A DNA stretch of 64,000 nucleotides from Podarcis gaigeae. Its lineage: Eukaryota. The stretch lies in assembly GCA_964106915.2 (NCBI GenBank), contig OZ066925.1; one strand, 5' to 3'. The notes beneath the pieces were generated by a model. It searched no databases and had not been told where the DNA came from. It saw only the letters and a list, made by a program, of their open reading frames with translations. Every line of letters starts with the position of its first letter. The stretch's first letter is position 1. A program made the translations under genes and the position numbers. This document shows, piece by piece, positions 60,101 through 64,000 of this stretch.

Positions 60101-60103
60101 TGA
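19792..60103 (+). CDS. ITGB8: Integrin beta-8, 14 coding exons: join(19792..19924,33415..33500,36865..37036,43859..44105,45732..45897,46628..46786,48584..48679,48761..48850,51914..52048,53855..54236,56170..56395,57804..57904,59723..59889,59987..60103); 758 aa
   Basis: All introns are GT-AG with compatible phases; exons sum to 2277 nt ending in TGA. Translation gives signal peptide, PSI, betaI domain ([50 protein letters not shown]), hybrid, I-EGF repeats, TM (RIFFIIFIVTFLIGLL) and the beta-8-type tail (VTYRRDKPEEI...ETFKCNS, no NPxY). Confidence 0.97.
20424..20602 (-). mobile_element. tRNA-derived SINE (same family as 2766 and 49295)
   Basis: aggaacataggaagctg.cttatactgagtcagacc tail; ttgcatgcaaagca..tgct..a.cactgagct head. 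Confidence 0.8.
20860..20966 (+). mobile_element. Penelope-like element terminal fragment
   Basis: gaagta.act...agtccac.aaagcttatgc...ataaa.ttggttagt.tttaaggtg.c.ca.gactctttgttg resembles reptile Penelope termini (from recall). Confidence 0.55.
23350..23575. mobile_element. Mariner/Tigger-like MITE family A (intron 1)
   Basis: TA|CAGTGGTACCT...GAGGTACCACTG|TA. Confidence 0.92.
24030..24905 (+). mobile_element. Highly degenerate L2 LINE ORF2 fragments
   Basis: Remnant peptides LWDQFRLIQPDDVDKVL, VPDILKEAVV, LRDLHWL...LLVYEALYSLGP.Y. Confidence 0.65.
26264..26474. mobile_element. hAT-type MITE family C with internal (TG)n
   Basis: Ends agttggcacccctg; reverse-complement homologue of 32073-32260. 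Confidence 0.75.
26520..27350 (-). mobile_element. Degenerate L2 LINE fragment
   Basis: tagctgctgcat.ctg..ccagctg...ttcaaggg.ag.cccacata.agc...gcagtaatccagtcttgaggtt pattern recalled for L2 minus strand. Confidence 0.55.
26814..26942. mobile_element. Short hAT-type MITE
   Basis: TIR CAGTGCT(G)TTTTTC / GAAAAAAAAAGCCCTG; degenerate 8-bp TSD. Confidence 0.7.
28824..28863 (+). mobile_element. Sauria SINE 3' tail fragment
   Basis: tggacctaatggtcaggggtcccttttacctttaccttt. Confidence 0.8.
30150..30506 (-). mobile_element. BovB (RTE-clade LINE) 3' fragment
   Basis: WCWRRLLRVPWTARRSNRSILKEISPEYSLEG...YFGHLMRREDSLEKTLMLGKIEG; (CAA)n-like tail; TSD TTGTTCT(A/G)TGT. Confidence 0.93.
30646..30782. mobile_element. 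Palindromic hAT-like MITE family D (similar copies ~34355-34470, 45415-45549, 46327-46465, 49860-49995)
   Basis: ccagatgttgctgaactacaattccc...gggagttgtagttcagcaacatctgg internal palindrome. Confidence 0.8.
31646..31879. mobile_element. Mariner/Tigger-like MITE family A (intron 1, ~1.5 kb before exon 2)
   Basis: TA-flanked TIRs; same orientation as 23350. Confidence 0.92.
32073..32260. mobile_element. hAT-type MITE family C
   Basis: caggggtgccaa...ggagttggctcctatg. Confidence 0.75.
32552..33107 (-). mobile_element. Probable solo LTR-like element
   Basis: TGTCA...TGACA termini with a purine-skewed interior; no TSD found, so the left boundary is uncertain. Confidence 0.45.
33415..33500 (+). 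CDS. ITGB8: ITGB8 exon 2 (PSI domain: [28 protein letters not shown])
   Basis: ttttacag acceptor, GAG|gtaagc donor, 86 nt, PSI cysteine pattern. Confidence 0.96.
36001..36044 (+). repeat. (GA)22 microsatellite
   Basis: Directly visible. Confidence 0.95.
36865..37036 (+). CDS. ITGB8: ITGB8 exon 3 (DFMAG...ERCD...QVAPGEVSIQLRP)
   Basis: aaacag acceptor, CAG|gtttgt donor, 172 nt. Confidence 0.95.
41935..42175. mobile_element. Tigger-like MITE related to family A
   Basis: TA|CAATGGTACCTCGGTTTTCGAAC...TTCAAAAATTGAGATAGCACTG|TA. Confidence 0.8.
43859..44105 (+). CDS. ITGB8: ITGB8 exon 4 (betaI domain start, MIDAS DVSAS)
   Basis: tatcag acceptor, AG|gtaagt donor, 247 nt; [16 protein letters not shown]...GSYVDK. 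Confidence 0.97.
44163..44250. mobile_element. Short palindromic MITE
   Basis: tgtaaccctaat...attaggattgca hairpin; similar degraded elements near 16790, 44835 and 57660. Confidence 0.6.
44958..45240 (+). mobile_element. L2 LINE 3' end with internal (CT)n/(CA)n expansion and (AAT)n tail
   Basis: Reverse-complement match to 3979-4200 (gaacgccctccc..cagatgtcaa; catctgaaggcagccctg; aagccaccca.agtggctg). Confidence 0.82.
45732..45897 (+). CDS. ITGB8: ITGB8 exon 5
   Basis: DYDLDCMPPHGYIHVLSLT...[21 protein letters not shown]; aacag / gtaaga, 166 nt. Confidence 0.97.
46628..46786 (+). CDS. ITGB8: ITGB8 exon 6
   Basis: [53 protein letters not shown]; cttag / gtaagg, 159 nt. Not in the supplied ORF track. 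Confidence 0.97.
47648..47877 (+). mobile_element. Sauria SINE, 5'-truncated
   Basis: aagtgcaagtagataaataggtacc...ggacctaatggtcaggggtccct; 13-bp TSD TATGCCTGTTCTA (47635, 47878). Confidence 0.92.
48584..48679 (+). CDS. ITGB8: ITGB8 exon 7
   Basis: EHPSLGQLSEKLIDNNINVIFAVQGSQFHWYK; ttttcag / gtattt, 96 nt. Confidence 0.96.
48761..48850 (+). CDS. ITGB8: ITGB8 exon 8
   Basis: DLLPLLPGTTARQIESQAVNLSDLVVEAYK; ctgtag / gtatat, 90 nt. Confidence 0.96.
49295..49462 (+). mobile_element. tRNA-derived SINE
   Basis: agggccgtagct..gtggt.ga.catctgctttgcatgcagaagg head; aggcagcttcct.tgttc tail. Confidence 0.8.
50917..51053 (-). mobile_element. tRNA-Lys(CTT)-derived SINE with CR1 3' tail
   Basis: Minus strand tagctcagttggtagagcatgagactcttaatctcaggg..gtgggttcgagccccacgttgggc, then a tail matching the CR1 end at 5353-5414. 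Confidence 0.9.
51914..52048 (+). CDS. ITGB8: ITGB8 exon 9
   Basis: KLLSEVKIQVENPIQDINVKVTAICPDGSRKTGAEGCKNVKSTAE; ctgcag / gtacga, 135 nt. Confidence 0.96.
52703..52952 (-). mobile_element. Squam3 SINE, full length
   Basis: Minus strand gagccagtgtggtgtagtggttaagagcgg...cacatgcagctgctgggtgacc...gcgggatatcaaatccaaactc(ttc)n. Confidence 0.9.
53048..53273. mobile_element. Mariner/Tigger-like MITE family A (intron 9), inverted relative to the intron 1 copies
   Basis: TA-flanked TIRs; interior is the reverse complement of 23350 and 31646. Confidence 0.92.
53855..54236 (+). CDS. ITGB8: ITGB8 exon 10 (hybrid end, I-EGF1/2, start of I-EGF3)
   Basis: VLFNISIAMKGC...KPLGFNE...CSGQGDCVDGKCIC...YGKYCEKDDFSC; ttgcag / gtaagc, 382 nt. 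Confidence 0.96.
55071..55332. mobile_element. Small element with ~27-bp inverted termini, DIRS-like
   Basis: aggttgctcaccggtagctattgttct vs agggcaatagtttcaagtaagcaacct; no TSD. Confidence 0.55.
56170..56395 (+). CDS. ITGB8: ITGB8 exon 11 (I-EGF3/4)
   Basis: NGECEAGKCKCSSGWEGDRCQC...CSGRGTCVCGRCKC...CEFCPTC; ttgtag / gtatgt, 226 nt. Confidence 0.96.
57804..57904 (+). CDS. ITGB8: ITGB8 exon 12 (beta-tail: SCVPCRHSNSSQIALDQCKTSCAYRLHYTEKSS)
   Basis: ttacag / gtaagt, 101 nt; phase 2 to phase 1 fits both neighbours. Confidence 0.93.
58759..58831. mobile_element. 73-bp minimal hAT MITE
   Basis: TIR CAGGGGTCAGCAA / TTGCTGACCCCG; perfect 8-bp TSD CTCTAGAA. Confidence 0.88.
59080..59517. mobile_element. 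CpG-rich pogo/Tigger-type MITE in intron 12
   Basis: TA|CCGTATTTTTTGCCC...GGGCGAAAAATACGG|TA; internal direct repeat ccgcaagcctc.tgcgcccggcgggaggtccc. Confidence 0.88.
59723..59889 (+). CDS. ITGB8: ITGB8 exon 13 (transmembrane helix and membrane-proximal tail)
   Basis: ECTADDPSHFRIFFIIFIVTFLIGLLNVLIIRQIILQWSNNKIKSSSDYRISATKK; ttgcag / gtaact, 167 nt. Confidence 0.96.
59987..60103 (+). CDS. ITGB8: ITGB8 exon 14 coding part (cytoplasmic tail, stop)
   Basis: DKMFLPTVCTKTVTYRRDKPEEINISKLQVNETFKCNS*; tttaag acceptor. Confidence 0.96.
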   Translation, partial: DKMFLPTVCTKTVTYRRDKPEEINISKLQVNETFKCNS

Positions 60104-62900
60104 AGACAGGCTGCTTTCTTCAAAGCTTTGTTTTCTCAGTCAAGAAGTTTATTTGAAAGATACTTTGGGGGTTTGTGGTTTGAATACTGTAATGAGAAAC
60201 TGACCTGAAAGCCTAGTTACACAACATGGCTAGATTTCAAACAGAGCTGCTCCATTTTGGAAAAAACAAATGTGCATTAACTACTGATTAACACGATTAA
60301 ACCAATTAAAGCACAGATAAATTGGATCAGAGCCAATTCAGTCCCATTTAGGATCAACAGGATCAAATTGGCTTAAATTTGACTGTTCTGGCATAAGCAG
60401 GCTTCTTACCTGTTCACAACACCACTCTGCATTGTAGCACTTTAACATAACGTAACTTATTTAGTCTTTAGCATTGGCACGTAATGCTAATCTGAACTGG
60501 TGTTGCAAACGCACTGATCTCACTTTAGTTAAGAAAAGGTTTGGTCTGCATTTCCCAAACTATGTAAAGCAAAATGTAGCTGGCACAAATCAGTGACAGG
60601 TCAACCGTTGGCGCTTAACTCCTGTTCTGAGCACTGGGGAGATAGCAGATCAGAAAGGGGGAAAACGTGGGACAAAATACCCACAGAGAGAATTGCCTGC
60701 AAAACAAAACAGAAAAGACTGAAACAATTCCTTACCACCATCACTCTGGCCCCGATAACCGCAAGCCTTGATGTCCTACATTGCACTAATTTGGAGGAGA
60801 GAGGCTAAGTAGGCTTGCATCCAGCCTACTAAAAAGCAAAAACACTAACAGAGCAATCTAATCCCCCTACCCAGTCATTGTGGGTGGTACTTAGATGAGA
60901 CACAGATATTTCTCCAGCCTGACTCCACTGGCCTCCACCATCAGGAGAGAGCTCCATCTTCAGCAAGATAGCTCTACCAGCAAGAAGTACCCTAATGCAC
61001 CTTCCGAAATGGTTGGTGGAAACTGCTGGTGGCAGTAGCCAGTGGAAACTCCCAAAACACAGGAGATGCTGGAGGATCCTGTGCTGACCCCTAACTGCTG
61101 CCATGTAATGGTTGCAGGCCCTCTTCTCTGCACCAGCCTGGAAGGTAGCACAGCCAGCAAGTCTTTCCCGCTCCCACCTTTACCTTTCACCCTGGCTGGC
61201 ACAAGTGGAATTGACTCTTAAGGCTACCATCCTACAGCATGCTTTGCCTAAGGCTAGCCCTGTTTCTATCCGTGGGTCATAGTCCCCATGCCAACATGGG
61301 CTCGAAATGCTGAGAGTCCTAGCGGGGGGCTGTGTTCCTTCTGGCATCTCAGTAAGGAGACTCAACTCGCATCCTGAGAACCACTGCTTTATGCGAAGGA
61401 ACGAATATGGTGATCCTTCTTTGTTGCATTTCAGAGAACACTAGATAAAAGTATAAGTATGTTTGTATACAGAGCACACTTTATGAATCTCTTTTCTATA
61501 CATACTAACTATTCTGACTTTGTTTGCTTCGAGTCTTTCTAAAATTGGATAGAATCGTTTTGTGTAGAAGACTGGAATAATCAAAGGGGTTAATCACTAC
61601 TGGATTTTTTTAAGATATTTTTTTTAATGGCTCATTGTTACTTAGGAATAATTACTACATCAAGAAGACACGCTAAAGCATTTGACTCAATTTGACCAGG
61701 GTGTGTTTTTGTGTATGTGTATATACACACACGCACATGCTATATTTTCCATTATATATATAGAATGGAAAATATAGTGTTAGTGCAGGAAAGTGTGAGA
61801 TGGTAAGCACATGAGAAGATGGCAGTAGAGAAATAGAGCAGGCTGGGTCAGTCACCACTCTAGCTCCTGCAGGTCTCTTGTCAACCAAAAATTAAAGCTG
61901 GTATATTTTAGTGTTTTAAAGCTCTGCCCCTGGTCCATGCATGCATGGAACTCCTTTCCTAATGCTATTGGAAGCTCTTTGCACCCAACCCTGTGGATTT
62001 TTGAATGAAAATTTATTTATTTTTGGAGATAGTGGAGTTGTGCTCGGCTGAGGCTACAACACTCAAAAACTGCACAATCATAGCACTTTTAGAATTAGAA
62101 TGTATGCTGTTCTTTGGAAAATTTTGCAACTTCTCTTGCTGAAACAACCAAATCTCTTTATGTTTTTATTCAGTCTCCCCGATACTTTGCACACTCCTTA
62201 AAAAAGGTACGCAATTAGTGCAAATATACTTAAGTATGTCAAGAGGAACATCACACTATCCACGATTCCTGCATACAGATATGTCAGGTTTTCCTTCTGT
62301 TTGCCATGCCACAATCTGTTTCATACTTCAGTATCGCTATACAATTCGAACACATCTAATTTGCAGTGTATATTTTGCAGTGGTTTCTGATACTTTTTGC
62401 TTCCGTCAAGTTTTAATGTGTACTGTATTTTTTTGTTTTTTTTTTTTTTTGTAAAAGCAAACGTGGATGAGTCCAGTTTTTATAGATTCAGTGCTTAAAA
62501 TGTGTAGGCTCTTTCTAGGAAAGAGTTCAGAGTAAAAATAATTTCCCATTGTTCAATATAAGATTAAACACTTTGAAATCACTGCCGTAACTTCTGTTGA
62601 AGCTTACTACATGTTTTTATTTAAAATGTATTTTTGTAGTGTTCATGACTAACTTTTTTTATTTCAGTTTTATTTATTTATGTGTCACTTTAGTACATTG
62701 TGAGATAGTTTATTTTTCTATGAGAGCTGCAATAACTATGACTTAGCATTAATTTAATGCAAAATTATTGTACTTGGTCTCTAACGTTAAAGAAATATTG
62801 TCTCTAATCCATGGTTGATATTCTGTTATTTTGCAATAATATTTAAACAAAAAACCTGTAAAAGTCTTTCCTCTTAATTTATTTTACTATGAAGTTTTGC
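60104..62900 (+). other. Probable ITGB8 3' UTR (3' end uncertain)
   Basis: AU/U-rich, largely repeat-poor sequence after the stop. I found no AATAAA; variants AGTAAA 62531, AATATA 62555 and ATTAAA 62563 are present. Confidence 0.55.
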
Positions 62901-64000
62901 CAAAGAGTTATTCAGCCCCATTGCTAGAATCCTACACATTATTCATGTGTAAGTCTTATGGGTATGAAGTTGAACAATATATGTCTCATGTTTTGCTCTC
63001 AGCTATCAAGTTCCAAATTCAAGGAACCACAAGATCAAAGATTCAAAATGGCTTAGTTGGAGAAACAATTGTGTGGAAATATGGTTGCCTCTTATTTTCA
63101 AAGCAATTTTGCTTTAAAACATTTTTCCAAACCCAAACTTGGTGTTAGGTGGTGGGTCAAATGGGGGTAACATGCAGTAGCTTCAGGTCTCTTGAAGTCC
63201 AACACAAGTGAGCACTAAATGGGAAAGAAAGAAATTGAGTTTCAGTCCAGTAGCTTTCTGTGAAAAGAAAGTGCTTCCCTATGTGCTTAACTCAAGATTC
63301 CGACTGCATTGTCAGCAGCAGATACTAAGATAGTTAATGGCAAAATGCACATCTAAAGAGCAATGTTTTGATCTGTCTTCTAAAGGCAAAGCTAAATCAG
63401 AATTATTCAAACTTGGGTCCCCAGATAGTGAAATGCACTCCTGTCATCTGCTGCACCTTAACCAAGGGGACAGGGTTAGTCCAACATCATCCTGGTTGAA
63501 GAAGACTGAATATGGCTAAGAGCTTCGCAGCCCAGTGGCCACCACTACGAAGGCCCTACTTCATGTTCCCACCCAGCCTGTTTCAGATGGTGCTGGTATA
63601 CAAAGCAGGGACTTAGCTGAAGGTACATTCATATAGGAGGTGGTGCTCCTTTGGGTATCTTTTCCAGCTGCCAAATAATTCAGGATTTTACAGGTCAGAG
63701 CCAGCACTTTGGGCCTGGAAATGAGAGTCTGTGAACTTTGCACAACATTTATAGGATGTGGTTTAAATAATAAGCTGCTGCCCACACATATGCAAAAGTT
63801 TAGGTTTCTGGGTGACTTTCAAAAGCACTCAAATAGAGCATGTGACTGTTGCCTGATCTGGATGTATCTGTGGCAGGATCAGTTTGCTCCAGAAATTGAC
63901 ACTTCTAACTTCCAAGAGTAGACCTATCCACTGCCCCAGCCTGGACATTCAAGAGCCATAGTGGGTCTAAAAGCCCTCCCAAGTTTAAGTACTGGCTCAG

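Overview
Eukaryotic (vertebrate) genomic DNA. The repeat content (Sauria SINE, Squam3, BovB, CR1, L2) points to a squamate, probably a lacertid lizard; this is an inference. The window holds one complete protein-coding gene on the + strand, integrin beta-8 (ITGB8): a CpG-island promoter at ~18.85-20.0 kb and 14 GT-AG coding exons from 19792 to 60103, summing to 2277 nt (758 aa plus stop), followed by a long AU-rich 3' UTR. The upstream ~18.8 kb and the introns are dense with transposons, many with readable target-site duplications (TSDs). Most notable: (1) a complete 2.1-kb, TSD-flanked, RT-less L1-like retroelement (HAL1-like) with one intact ORF that resembles a remodelled, truncated ORF1p, nested with a young CR1 inside an L2; (2) a full-length 7SK RNA retrocopy with an (AAG)n tail; (3) apparent loss of four cysteines in the I-EGF1/2 'knee' and of the transmembrane Lys of beta-8; (4) upstream ORFs, one overlapping the ITGB8 start; (5) inverted MITE copies bracketing exons 2-9; (6) a cluster of miR-17/19 seed sites in the 3' UTR. 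Comparisons with human ITGB8, 7SK and repeat consensus sequences are from memory and need confirmation by alignment.
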